In this document: one piece after another, positions 20,130-30,011 of the stretch
How the letters are laid out: every line of letters starts with the position of its first letter
How positions within the stretch are numbered: the stretch's first letter is position 1
Source of the DNA: Candidatus Latescibacterota bacterium
GTDB taxonomy: Bacteria > Latescibacterota > UBA2968
Direction: 5' to 3'
NCBI GenBank assembly: GCA_965222605.1
Contig: OZ244960.1
Span: 5,536,001-5,600,000, forward strand
Length of the DNA stretch: 64,000 nt
The notes under the pieces: generated by a model
What the model was told of the DNA's origin: nothing
The model's database searches: none
What the model saw: the letters and a program-made list of their open reading frames with translations, nothing else
Program-made: the position numbers and the translations under genes

Positions 20130-21410
20130 CTAACAGCCCGTGAAGCCCACATGCTTTAGCTGTGGGAGTGTAAGGGCTTCCGGTTATAGCTTTAGCGTAT
20201 AACAAGGCTGGAAAACCACCTTGATGACCGAAAATATATTGAGTATATTTCTCAATATGAAACTAACACTTCAAATACAACTGTTACCGGACGCCGCCAC
20301 AGGCCAGAAGCTAAAAGCCACTATTGAGCGGTTCAACGAAGCTGCCAATTGGCTTGCTCCGAAGGCTTATGAGCGCAAGCTGGCGAATAAGTTTGCACTA
20401 CAAAAGCTATACTACTCAGACTTACGCCACTTGTTTGGTCTCTCTGCACAAATGGCTATTCGCTGTATTGCTCAAGTTGTAGAGGTGTATAAGCGCGATA
20501 AAAAAGTGCAGCCTTCGTTCCGTAAGCATGCAAGCATACCCTATGATCAACGCCTGTATAGTTTCAAGGGCATAGACAAAGTATCTCTGCTTACCCTTGA
20601 AGGCCGCGTGTTTGTGCCAATGTTGATGGGCAACTATCAGCGTGAGCAGTTCGGCTATGCCAAAGGACAGGCAGACCTTGTGCTCCGCAAAGACGGCAAG
20701 TGGTTCTTGCTTGTCTCTGTAAATGTCCCTGATGGTACGCCAATACCTACCACTGACTTTGTTGGCGTCGATCTCGGGACAACAAACCTTGCAGTAACAG
20801 ACGATGGTGAAACATTTTCTGGCGACACTGTTGAAAATGTCCGACAGAAGATGCACGATCTGAAAAAGTCGCTCCAACAGAAAGCGTCTGCCCTTGTCAA
20901 GCAAGGCAAGAGACCCAAGAATGTTCGCAGAAAACTCTCTGTTATCTCTGGCAGAGAGAGCAGGTTTCGTAGAAATACCAACCATATCATTTCCAAACGT
21001 ATCGTTGAGAAGGCTAAAGACACTGGCAAGGCCATTGCCCTTGAAGACTTGAAAGGCATACGCAAGAGCCAGAAACGGTTTCGCAAGCCTCAGCGTGCTA
21101 AAATGTCTGGGTGGTCTTTCTTCCAACTCCGCACATTCATTGAATACAAAGCAAGACGGGCTGGCATTTCCGTGATCCCTGTGGATCCGAAATACACCAG
21201 CCAAACTTGTGCCGAGTGTGGACATTGCGAGAAAGACAATAGACATACCCAGGCATCCTTCCTTTGCAAAGTATGTGGTCACAAAGACCATGCCGACCTC
21301 AACGCCGCTCGGAATATCCGAGCAAGGGCTTTGTGTCAACAAGCCTAAAGTTGCCGAGTGCATTTATGCACGAGCGACAAGCCCAACTGCTTCAGCGTTG
21401 GGTAGTTGAC
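20130..21410 (+). mobile_element. IS200/IS605-family (tnpB-only) element
   Basis: Left-end hairpin gaagccc..cccaca/tgtggg..gggcttc (20142-20180); right end caagcccaactgcttcagcgttgggtagttgac (to 21410); no tnpA; left boundary approximate. Confidence 0.85.
20257..21348 (+). CDS. tnpB: RNA-guided endonuclease TnpB
   Basis: RuvC D (VGVDLG), E (ALEDL), D (HADLNAA); Zn ribbon CAECG..CKVCG; YTSQTC. Confidence 0.93.
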   Translation: MKLTLQIQLLPDAATGQKLKATIERFNEAANWLAPKAYERKLANKFALQKLYYSDLRHLFGLSAQMAIRCIAQVVEVYKRDKKVQPSFRKHASIPYDQRLYSFKGIDKVSLLTLEGRVFVPMLMGNYQREQFGYAKGQADLVLRKDGKWFLLVSVNVPDGTPIPTTDFVGVDLGTTNLAVTDDGETFSGDTVENVRQKMHDLKKSLQQKASALVKQGKRPKNVRRKLSVISGRESRFRRNTNHIISKRIVEKAKDTGKAIALEDLKGIRKSQKRFRKPQRAKMSGWSFFQLRTFIEYKARRAGISVIPVDPKYTSQTCAECGHCEKDNRHTQASFLCKVCGHKDHADLNAARNIRARALCQQA

Positions 21411-21430
21411 GTTGTCAAAATACATGATTG
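21220..21430 (+). ncRNA. Putative omegaRNA (right-end RNA) of TnpB
   Basis: Expected position from known TnpB biology: 3' end of tnpB through the right end into the flank; 5' boundary is a guess. Confidence 0.45.
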
Positions 21431-21582
21431 TGGGGCGCTCCTGCAAGCAGAGATGCGCCCGCCCTTCTTCCAACGAGAGATGCTCTGTCCAATTGCGTTT
21501 GACTTCGGCATGGCCACTCCCTATCTTGCCCTCTGGAAGATATTTTGCTACCTGGATCGATTTTTTTCGGAGGATTGGACGG

Positions 21583-22848
21583 ATGGCGGCTAAACCGAGT
21601 TTTCGCAAGCCAGCGCCGGAAGGGGTGGTAGAACTGACCGACATCGGTACTGGTACAGGCAATGGGATGGTGGTCTTAGACGATGGCTCCCTGATGATGG
21701 TTGTGGGGAGTCACTGCCATATCTCGACCAATGGCGGACAGACCTGGGGCGAGTCGCGGCCGTTGAACTGCGAGGCGATGGGAAGTTCGTCCAACCTGTC
21801 GTGTATAAAGATGCAGTCGGGCAAGCTGGCGCTGGCGCACCGGGGTAGGGAGGAGGCGGGACGGGGGACGGAGATGTTCAACTGGAATCCCTTTTATCTG
21901 TCGGTGTCTGAAGACGAAGGCCAGACCTGGGCGGGCGCGTGGCCGATGCTGCTGCTGGGCGGGCCGTACCACGATGCGATGATTCAGCTGTCGAGCGGGC
22001 GGCTGCTGATGCCCAGCCGGATCTGTCACAGCAACAACCAGCACCCGGGTTTGGAATACGAGCGGGTGAGTAGTTACGGGACCTGGAAAGGGCTGCGGTT
22101 GCAGGTAAGCGGACATTATCACTATCCGGAGGTAGATATCGCCGCGGTGAGTTATTCGGACGACGAGGGACAGACGTGGCAGCAGTGCCAGGGGCAACTG
22201 ATGGGCTGGTTCGACGCGGAGGGCATTCCCAACGGGCGCGGAGGAATCACGGCGGTGGATGAACCGAGTGTGGCGGAATGCGCGGATGGGCGGGTGATGC
22301 TGCTGGCACGATCTACTGTGGGGCGGCTGGTGCAGTGCGCCAGCGAAGACGAGGGCCAGACCTGGACGCCGATTTTGCCGAGTGATCTGGCGAGTTCGTA
22401 TTCGCCGCCGAGGCTGCGGCGGATTCCGAGCACGGGCGACTTACTGTGTGTGTGGAACCAGGTGTCACGGGATGAGATCAAACGGGGCTATCGGCGGGGG
22501 AGACTGTCGGCGGCGATTTCCAGGGATAGTGGCGCGAGCTGGGAGCGGTTCAAGACAATCGAGGTGAGCGACGGTATGGAGGACGTGGTGCGGGTGATGC
22601 CGCAGGAGCCGATTACGCCGGTGGTCGGGTTGCCCGATGTGGGCGCGCTGCCGGAGGGTTTCGCCACCTTCGACTATCCCAATGTGTGGTTTGCGGGCGA
22701 TAAGGTGTACCTGACCTACCACCGGAGCTGGGTCGAAGTGGACGAGGACGCCGGGGAAGCGGTGACACTGGGGGAACGGAAAGGGAGGGCGAGAAAGCCA
22801 CGCGAGATGGTGCTGCGCATTTATCCACTGGCGGAGTTTTACCGCTGA
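21583..22848 (+). CDS. Sialidase / BNR (Asp-box) repeat protein
   Basis: STNGGQTW, SEDEGQTW, SDDEGQTW, SRDSGASW Asp-boxes; GGAGG RBS. Confidence 0.88.
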   Translation: MAAKPSFRKPAPEGVVELTDIGTGTGNGMVVLDDGSLMMVVGSHCHISTNGGQTWGESRPLNCEAMGSSSNLSCIKMQSGKLALAHRGREEAGRGTEMFNWNPFYLSVSEDEGQTWAGAWPMLLLGGPYHDAMIQLSSGRLLMPSRICHSNNQHPGLEYERVSSYGTWKGLRLQVSGHYHYPEVDIAAVSYSDDEGQTWQQCQGQLMGWFDAEGIPNGRGGITAVDEPSVAECADGRVMLLARSTVGRLVQCASEDEGQTWTPILPSDLASSYSPPRLRRIPSTGDLLCVWNQVSRDEIKRGYRRGRLSAAISRDSGASWERFKTIEVSDGMEDVVRVMPQEPITPVVGLPDVGALPEGFATFDYPNVWFAGDKVYLTYHRSWVEVDEDAGEAVTLGERKGRARKPREMVLRIYPLAEFYR

Positions 22849-22849
22849 A

Positions 22850-23154
22850 GCGTCAACGATTTTTGCATTCATATTCATGATCCCGCCGCCGATTTTCTCG
22901 ACCCAGTGTTCTTTGTTGTAACTGGCAAATCTGTACAGAGGCCCTACGTGATTCATTCCAACTGGAATAAAGGGTTCGCCATCACCGTTAACCATGGTCC
23001 AAATCCCTCCTGCCTTCTCCAGGTGGACAAATTCTTTGTTCCCGATGATTCTAACTGCGTCTTCCTTGCCGATCTGAGCAAACGAATGGCTAAACCCGAC
23101 TGTACAAAACAAGAAGAGCGTTGTTGCTCTGAATAGAGTTTGTGAAAGTATCAT
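22850..23154 (-). pseudogene. 5' stub of a secreted glycoside hydrolase-like (agarase-like) gene
   Basis: Signal peptide, then GIWTMVNGDGEPFIPVGMNHV; the frame runs into the antisense of the sialidase. Confidence 0.6.
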
Positions 23155-23167
23155 AACTGTTTCCTCT

Positions 23168-23446
23168 TTAAGGAAAATGAGCAACTGTCTCGCCGCTCTC
23201 ATCAAGAAATTCTAATCTGGCTGTACCTTCTGGTTCAACAGAAAGTCTTATTCGGATACGCCCCTGTCCATCGTATAAACTCACAAGAGCAAGATTATTC
23301 TTTTTGCCGACAAAAACTCGCTGCGCATAATGGTTTTCTACTTCCAGACGTTTCAATGCGGCTTCCTTTTCTGGACCTTCAGGAAGATTCGAGAGGCGTT
23401 GGAATTCCTCACCCCACTCGTTTATGGGCATTTCGGGACGATCCAA
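23168..23446 (-). pseudogene. 3' fragment of a hypothetical gene
   Basis: LYDGQGRIRIRLSV...ARLEFLDE C-terminus; the RBS-linked ATG at 23463 is out of frame. Confidence 0.5.
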
Positions 23447-23477
23447 TGTTCACTCGATGTCATGGAAAGCTCTCCTT

Positions 23478-23957
23478 TCAAATTTTTTTACAAAATTCCT
23501 GTCCCAGTCGGCAGGTAAGGCGCACAAGTCCTTCCTCACCCGGTATTTCAGATTCTTCAGAAAACCCTACTGATCTGAAGCAGGCCAGACTTGCCACGTT
23601 CTTTGGCTCGATTTCTGCGATCAGCGCGGAAGCCCCGGCGATTTCCGGACGCCGCTTGAGCAGATGGAGAATGCGCCGACCATACCCGCGTCGCCTTGAT
23701 CCTGGATTCACAACGAGGTACACACTCCCTACTTCTTTCTCGATTTCGCAAAGGACAAGACCAACTGTCTCGCTCTCTTGCACTGCGATCCAAGCATAGT
23801 ATTGTGGCTCTGATTTGATGTAACTCACCAACCTGTCGGAAGGCTCCTCAGCCCATCTTTTGGTATCTGGATCGCTGAACCAGTTCTTGATTACCGGCAA
23901 ATGTGAATGGTCGAGCGGCTCAAAGATCAACTCAGGCTTCTGTCGATTGCGACCCAT
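23478..23957 (-). CDS. GNAT N-acetyltransferase
   Basis: VNPGSRRRGYG, NVASLACF..VGF. Confidence 0.85.
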   Translation of the reverse strand: MGRNRQKPELIFEPLDHSHLPVIKNWFSDPDTKRWAEEPSDRLVSYIKSEPQYYAWIAVQESETVGLVLCEIEKEVGSVYLVVNPGSRRRGYGRRILHLLKRRPEIAGASALIAEIEPKNVASLACFRSVGFSEESEIPGEEGLVRLTCRLGQEFCKKI

Positions 23958-23973
23958 TGATTTCCCCGTTCTG

Positions 23974-24165
23974 TTACCCCAAGACCCCTCTGGAGACCAG
24001 ATAGGATTCGAGCGTCTCTACGGTTGTATAGTGATGGGTATTCAGCCCAACGGAAATAGCAGTTTCGACGTTTGGCAGCCTGTCGTCGATGAACAGGGAT
24101 TCCTCTATGGTAGGCGTTGCGCCTATCAGGAGCAAGATAAACGCTAAAGAAAATCCCCGTCAAAT
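23974..24165 (-). pseudogene. Chimeric remnant: hydrophobic stub joined to a HAD-hydrolase C-terminus
   Basis: GFSLAFILLLIGATPTI-EESLFIDDRLPNVETAISVGL...*; the first part recurs at ~33905-33975. Confidence 0.6.
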
Positions 24166-24213
24166 AACCTATTGAACGGGGATCTATATCACAAAACCTG
24201 CTCTATAATAAAC

Positions 24214-24423
24214 TCAGGTAACCCGCTCTCTTTGTTCACTTGGATGAAGCGAAAGATACTCTCTCACCTCGAGATTCATCCGATCTATTTCGGCCAGATA
24301 GCCTCCTGCCGATAACCAATAGTTCTGTGGATTGGTTTCGACCTGTCGAAGCTTTTCTACTTGTCGCTGAAAATACTGGATGCGTTCCTTGGTCGCCTCA
24401 AGCTCTTGATCGTTCTGAATCAT
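24214..24423 (-). CDS. Small helical protein, possible partner of the upstream nucleotidyltransferase-like gene
   Basis: 69 aa with GAGG RBS; overlaps 24398-24871. Confidence 0.65.
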   Translation of the reverse strand: MIQNDQELEATKERIQYFQRQVEKLRQVETNPQNYWLSAGGYLAEIDRMNLEVREYLSLHPSEQRERVT

Positions 24424-24871
24424 CGCTGATCACCTCTATTATTCCACGTCGTGTTTTGTCCCGCTTGATCTGCCAGTGTTCCAGTGCCTCCTGATCTCCG
24501 TCGATCGCAGCCAGCCGCCGTATCCAAAAAACACTGGCACCTTCTAAATTTTGCACGGCCAAATGGTCGAAAATAATCGCAGCCTCACCACCTACCTGAT
24601 TGGAATCAAACGAATCCTCCATCAACATAAAAATGTCTATATCACCAGGATAGGGTTTGGCCGTGACAAATGAACCAAACACTACAAATCTTGCTACCTG
24701 TCCAGTATTGGAGGCCAATCTATAGATGCGTTCCAGGCGCTGTCCAATCAGGCGGCGCTGGACAGTTCCTGTTCCAACAGGCAAGAGGTAATCGTCAATG
24801 CCATCACACTTCACGAGTAAGAGGCCATCTTGCGTGATCAGAATCCCTGAGATACGATCGATAGTCTTCAT
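24398..24871 (-). pseudogene. Nucleotidyltransferase-like gene with a foreign NUDIX-like N-terminus
   Basis: FGSFVT.K..PGDID motif; the head MKTIDRISGILITQ recurs as a stub at 34044-34085. Confidence 0.6.
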
Positions 24872-25722
24872 TATTTTCTCACAAAAGCCAGTTTACCACT
24901 CATCCAGATTGCTATCAAAAAAACTCATAATAACCCTGGAATCCGGCCTATCTATATTTTCACTCCTGCCTACTGGACAATCGCTTATATTCAAGAAATT
25001 TCTCTTGAACCAACCCTTTTGCGAAGAGATCTTTGCTCAGATCAAAGCCTTCCTTGATCGAATCTGTTCGTCCAAAACAGTAGAAAGCTGCACCGGCATT
25101 CAAACAGACCAGATCCAGAATCGGTTCGGGGGTCTGGTACTGTAAAAGAGATAGGAAGATTTCTGCATTCTCATCACTATCACCACCTGGAATCTTACTG
25201 TAATCCCGTTTAGCTATCCCAAAATCTGAAGGCGAAATCTGGTATTCTCTGGTCACACCTTCGGCTACTTCAAAGATATGAGTGTGCCCAGAAATAGAGA
25301 TCTCATCAATCCCTGGCTCTCCGACAACAATTAAGAAGCGTTTACGCCCAAGATGGCGGAGCACTTCTACCAGTTGTCTGCCCATATCGACATCAATTGT
25401 TCCGAGTATCTGATATTGAGGATTGGCAGGATTGCATAACGGAGCGCTGAGATTGAAAATCGTCCTCCTGTCAACCATTTGTCTGGCGGTCACAACTTTT
25501 TTCATTACTGGATGGTATGTGCGGGCAAATAGAAAACATACATTCGTTCTCTTGAAAATGTCCTCCAAACGGTCATCTCTGAAATCAAACTCACAGTTGA
25601 GTTTCTCCAGCAAATCAAAGCTTCCATTCGGTCTCTTTGAGCCTTTATTGCCGTGTTTCACCACGGGAACGCCGCCAGCAGATAAAACGAACGCGGCGGT
25701 TGTAGATATGTTGAATCGATTT

Positions 25723-27433
25723 GAGTGTGTATCAAAAGCAAGGCGTATGAAGGGTATAAGAAATAGGGAATTAGAATCGTGTGCAAAACATGATAGGACT
25801 CCTATATTGGCAAACATTCCGTTAGCAAAACCATGTTTGCTTTCAAAAGGAGCCCTACCATGATGACAATATACGAAAAAGAAGCCTTGTTTGACCAGTT
25901 GGATGAAGAGTTTTCTCAAATCAAAAGGTTCGTTTGCCAAGCCGCAGGTCAAGTCGAAGTGCATGAAGTAGAGGGGAAGGTTTTTCGCCAACTTCAAGAT
26001 TTGGGTCGCCAACTATTATCCCGTTTTGTCCAATTATGTGGCACAGGGTATGAGGCAAACGGTTTCAAAGAGCAAGGTAAGGGTCAAAAGATGCGCTACA
26101 AAGGTTGCCAATCGGTCTCGTATCTGTCCATCTTTGGGTCTATCCCCATCTGTCGTGCGGCCTATGCCCGTGCCGATGGGAGCTATTTCTACCCCTTAGA
26201 TGAGCACTTGAATCTGCCAGCTCACAAATACTCTTATCTGCTGTTAAAATGGTTGGCACAAGATGCGGCACAGCACGACTTTCGCCAGGCGGTGGCACGC
26301 TTCAATCAGATTTTCGATCTGTCTTTATCCGCCTCATTACCGCAGCGTTTGGGGGATGAGATCGCCGCATATGTCACGCCATTTTATGACGCACAGCCCG
26401 CGCCTGACCAGGATTTGGAAGGGAGCCATTTGGCTATGAGTGCCGATTGTAAAGGTGTACGCATCCTAAAATCTGAACGGGCAGAGGGCGCGCTGGACAC
26501 ACCTGCTTGTGCCAGACGAAGGCGCGGTGAAAAACCGAGCCTGAAGAAAGATGCGGTTGTCGTAACCGACTTTTCATTTTATCCGCAAGCACGCACCGCA
26601 CAAGAGATAGTCAAAGGCCTCCTCAATCAGTTTACCCAAAAAGAGAAAGACCAAGCCCGGAAGAATCGCCAAAAACGCACCGCATTGGGACTTTGCCACC
26701 CCCGCGAACCCATCCACAAGCATGTCTTTGCCACCATGAACGGGAAAAAAGAGGCTTTCGAGCATCTTATACGACACGTCCATAAACGAGACCCAACCCT
26801 TGAAAAACCGATCATCGCCCTAATAGATGGCGAACCGGCTTTAGAACGCAGACTCAAAGAATGTCTCGAAGCCTACAACATGACGGATCAACTTGATGCC
26901 ATTATCTTGGATATTATCCACGCGACGGAATACCTGTGGGATGTCGCCACCTGTTTGTATGGCGAAAAAAACAAAAAACGCACCGATTGGATGCAAGACA
27001 AATTATACGCCTTGACAAGCAGACCCGTCGGGTATCTCATCGGCGCACTCCGACAGATGATGACCAAGAATAAAATCCGATTTTCTACCTCACAGAAACA
27101 GGTGCTAAAAAAGACCATCACCTATTTTGATAACCACCGTCATATGATGGACTATGCCACCTATCTGAAAAAAGGATATCCTATCGCTACTGGCGTCGTC
27201 GAAGGAACCTGTGGCTCCTTAGTCAAAGACCGAATGGAACAATCCGGCATGCGATGGTCTCTCTCTGGTGCACAAGCCATTCTTGCTCAACGCGCTGTTG
27301 TCAAAAATGACGATTGGAACGCATTTTGGAACTTTTATATCGACTCTGAACACCAACGGTTATACCCCAAGGTAGGATACAAAACGCTATACCAACGAGC
27401 TGCTTAAGCTTGCCTGTCATTTTGTACACACTC
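25723..27433 (+). mobile_element. ISKra4-like insertion sequence
   Basis: Terminal IR gagtgtgta / tacacactc; 9-bp target duplication AATCGATTT (25714-25722, 27434-27442). Confidence 0.9.
25860..27407 (+). CDS. ISKra4-like DDE transposase
   Basis: ADCKGV, LIDGE, LDIIHATEYLW, PIATGVVEGTC..LVKDRME.SGMRWS. Confidence 0.88.
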   Translation: MMTIYEKEALFDQLDEEFSQIKRFVCQAAGQVEVHEVEGKVFRQLQDLGRQLLSRFVQLCGTGYEANGFKEQGKGQKMRYKGCQSVSYLSIFGSIPICRAAYARADGSYFYPLDEHLNLPAHKYSYLLLKWLAQDAAQHDFRQAVARFNQIFDLSLSASLPQRLGDEIAAYVTPFYDAQPAPDQDLEGSHLAMSADCKGVRILKSERAEGALDTPACARRRRGEKPSLKKDAVVVTDFSFYPQARTAQEIVKGLLNQFTQKEKDQARKNRQKRTALGLCHPREPIHKHVFATMNGKKEAFEHLIRHVHKRDPTLEKPIIALIDGEPALERRLKECLEAYNMTDQLDAIILDIIHATEYLWDVATCLYGEKNKKRTDWMQDKLYALTSRPVGYLIGALRQMMTKNKIRFSTSQKQVLKKTITYFDNHRHMMDYATYLKKGYPIATGVVEGTCGSLVKDRMEQSGMRWSLSGAQAILAQRAVVKNDDWNAFWNFYIDSEHQRLYPKVGYKTLYQRAA

Positions 27434-27769
27434 AATCGATTTAAACCGCTTCCACCTGTGCCACACGAATCAATGGCGTCGGAAGAGAGAGGAACAGGTC
27501 TCGACTTGGCCAATAAAGCTCTCGAAAATCCGAGAATTTCATCGGCAGTCTCGTCCTTCTCGGAGAACGCTATGAGCAGTTCGGCGATCTGTTCGTCTGG
27601 CAGATTACTTTCCAGGATTGCACTCAGACATTGTTCAGACTCATCGGCTTGGAGAGATTCACCCTCTCTGAGTTTATCAATGTATTTCGAGATCATAGGA
27701 GGTTCCGCCTTATAGTTTCTCTCAGCTCTTCTACAGTGATCTGCCAGCACTTCTCAGAGATTATCTCGC

Positions 27770-27820
27770 GTCGAATGGCCGAAGGAGCGCAGCGACTGAA
27801 GCACGGACACATGGTTAAGC
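27770..27820 (-). other. attC-like left half-site
   Basis: GCTTAAC catgtgtccgtgc...gctccttcggcc just after the stop at 27843; no R' partner. Confidence 0.45.
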
Positions 27821-27842
27821 GTCCGTGTTGTTTTTTGTTATC

Positions 27843-29003
27843 TTATTTTTGGGTGGGAAATAAGTGTTGCAGAGAATTCTTGGCAGATAGCGTATCATCA
27901 AATGGTTCGATTTTATTATTCTCAACAATAACTGATGAACGATCTATTGGAGCAACATCAATTTCAACAACTAATATCTTTGGATCGTTGGTATAAAAAA
28001 CATTGTTCACAACAGTGTTATCCCTCCCTGTTGGAGCAGGGATATTTTTCTGATCAAGATAGTCCACCCTTACTGGATCGTCCGTTTTTTTATTTAAAAT
28101 CTGAATATATCGAGTCAGGTTCTTATTAGATCCGATGAATTTATTATCCTTTATGATGTTGGCAAATCCCGCTAGTTTGACAACCTCTTCATTGTAGGAT
28201 TTTTCATAACAGTATAGAATATTATTCCGGACGGTTACAAATGAGGCCGCGTATTTGATATCGATATATTGCCCCAGTAATCCCGGTCCCAATATGCTTT
28301 CCTCAATTATGATATTATGGGCTCTTGCCATTTTTCCTCTTTCTTCAAGCCCTTTTGATGAACCAATATAAAAGCCTTCTCCTTCATGAGCGTTATAATC
28401 TTTATCCAGCCATTCTCCAATATGATGGATTTTCATTCTTCTAAAGGTGTTATGGTGACTTTCATTCCTGATAGCTACAGCAGTGTTATGTGTATGATGT
28501 ATATGCACATCTTCAATAATATTATGGTGTGATCCCGATCCCAATAAATATAAACCGATACGAAAACCATGCGTGTTCCAATACCCCTTGTATAGAGACA
28601 CTTTCTTCCCGGTTATTTCTATGCGGGAAATGTTCCAGAACGAGCCACTTAGTTTGATTGCTACCAAATCCTCTTCCTTTTTTTGGCCAACTGTGGAAAT
28701 TACAGCATATCGACCCTGGCCTGTGCTGTCTTTTGATGTAAGGGTGATTCTATTTTTATCGGACCCATTTGCATGTAGCTTAAAACTCTTATCGATTTCA
28801 TACACTTTGCCGCCCTGAAGCACAATCGTATCACCTGGCTTGACGGTATCCAATGCATCGTAAACATCCTTGCTTGTAGCGCATTGATAAATATCGTTAT
28901 CGCTAGCGTAAAGCACATTGATATTGGCAATCAACAGGGAAAAGGAAATAATCAAAGGGGGCAAGAGTCGTTTAGGGGCTAAATTGTTAATGACGTTTTT
29001 CAT
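27843..29003 (-). CDS. Secreted right-handed beta-helix protein (pectate lyase-like)
   Basis: Signal peptide, PGDTI.L, GEGFYIGS, IDIK, Asn/Ile-rich repeats; visibly AT-rich. Confidence 0.75.
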   Translation of the reverse strand: MKNVINNLAPKRLLPPLIISFSLLIANINVLYASDNDIYQCATSKDVYDALDTVKPGDTIVLQGGKVYEIDKSFKLHANGSDKNRITLTSKDSTGQGRYAVISTVGQKKEEDLVAIKLSGSFWNISRIEITGKKVSLYKGYWNTHGFRIGLYLLGSGSHHNIIEDVHIHHTHNTAVAIRNESHHNTFRRMKIHHIGEWLDKDYNAHEGEGFYIGSSKGLEERGKMARAHNIIIEESILGPGLLGQYIDIKYAASFVTVRNNILYCYEKSYNEEVVKLAGFANIIKDNKFIGSNKNLTRYIQILNKKTDDPVRVDYLDQKNIPAPTGRDNTVVNNVFYTNDPKILVVEIDVAPIDRSSVIVENNKIEPFDDTLSAKNSLQHLFPTQK

Positions 29004-29024
29004 ACATCCCGCACCATATCGTTC

Positions 29025-29813
29025 TCAGCCGGCAAAGTCATGGATTCTTTGATATACGCTCAATTTGGCCTGATCCAATTCATGCCCATATTCATGGAAA
29101 AACAAAGGAATCCACTCATTCCCAAGATTTCTGCGGATGGTGTAGTAAGCTGCGACAAAATCGAGATATCGATCTCCGACTCCCGCATAGCCCAAATCAA
29201 TGTAGCCACTTAAACGACCATCGTGGATCATTACGTTGGGTAGGCAATAATCCCCATGGGTGAATACCAGATCCTCTGGTGGCAGGTCGGCCCGTATGCT
29301 GTCCAGCTCATCCCGAAGAATATTCCTCGTTTTACCATTTGGTACCTGACCGTCCAGTACGCCTGAGTCAATCAAGTTTGTCGCCCATGCAAAATAGCGT
29401 TCCATGCGCCAATCCAGGGGGCACGAATCGCCCCCTATCGCGTGAATTTCACGAAGGCCATGAGCAAACAGGCGTACGAGACCCGGAGCATCACTTTTGG
29501 CATCTTGGTGGATACCAGATACACCAGCGATTTGGGTCATGAGCAGATACTGAGTGTCACCTTCTTCGTGGAAGCAGACTACGCGAGGCACGTTCAATTT
29601 CCCCTGGAGCCAGGACATTGCCGTTTTCTCGGCCAGAAGATCGGATTCTTGTGGTGCCGTACGCGTACCTCGTAATTTGAGGAACAAATTCTGTTTGCGT
29701 GGGTGAGTGTACCGGAACACATCGGCACACGATGCTGTCCGGAGATTTTCCCCATCTGACTTAAAACCCGCCAGATGAGCTTGGACAGCAGTTGGAAGAT
29801 TTTCGACTTTCAA
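29025..29813 (-). CDS. Aminoglycoside 3'-phosphotransferase family protein
   Basis: LFLK, WLQGKL.VP, VFTHGDYCLPNV, IDLG.AGVGDRY.D; preceded by a GTTATGT core (29852-29858). Confidence 0.85.
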   Translation of the reverse strand: MKVENLPTAVQAHLAGFKSDGENLRTASCADVFRYTHPRKQNLFLKLRGTRTAPQESDLLAEKTAMSWLQGKLNVPRVVCFHEEGDTQYLLMTQIAGVSGIHQDAKSDAPGLVRLFAHGLREIHAIGGDSCPLDWRMERYFAWATNLIDSGVLDGQVPNGKTRNILRDELDSIRADLPPEDLVFTHGDYCLPNVMIHDGRLSGYIDLGYAGVGDRYLDFVAAYYTIRRNLGNEWIPLFFHEYGHELDQAKLSVYQRIHDFAG

Positions 29814-29873
29814 TGCTCAACTCCCGACTAAGCTACTCTCAAATGCATTTCACATAACCAGGGGATTAACGAC

Positions 29874-29991
29874 TAGCGGTCTCAGCAGGTCATTTACGTC
29901 GCTAAGATATTGTCGATTGTCTGCAGTTCGTCCTCGGTGAAATTCAAGTTGTCGAGGACACCGAGGCTGTCCTCGATTTGTTCGGGGCGGC
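29874..29991 (-). repeat. 3' stub of an aldo-keto reductase, duplicate of 39967-40084
   Basis: RPEQIEDSLGVLDNLNFTEDELQTIDNILA in both; abuts an R'' box (GTATAAC, 29997-30003). Confidence 0.9.
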
Positions 29992-30011
29992 AAGTCGTTA
30001 TACGATCTTCC

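Larger units (their letters stand above)
24960..27696 (-). pseudogene. trpD: Anthranilate phosphoribosyltransferase interrupted by an IS
   Basis: DSCGTGGSGLNR|FNISTTAAFV...KHGN, IFNL..PL.NPA, GIDEIS; the halves rejoin in frame on removing 25723-27433 and one target duplication. Confidence 0.92.

Noticed and set aside
21411-21430. TnpB guide targeting another site in the window
   Set aside because: No second match to gttgtcaaaatacatgattg noticed; not checked exhaustively.
25723-26012. N-terminus of the 350-aa ORF 24960-26012 as a novel TrpD extension
   Set aside because: It is antisense IS sequence read through the insertion junction.
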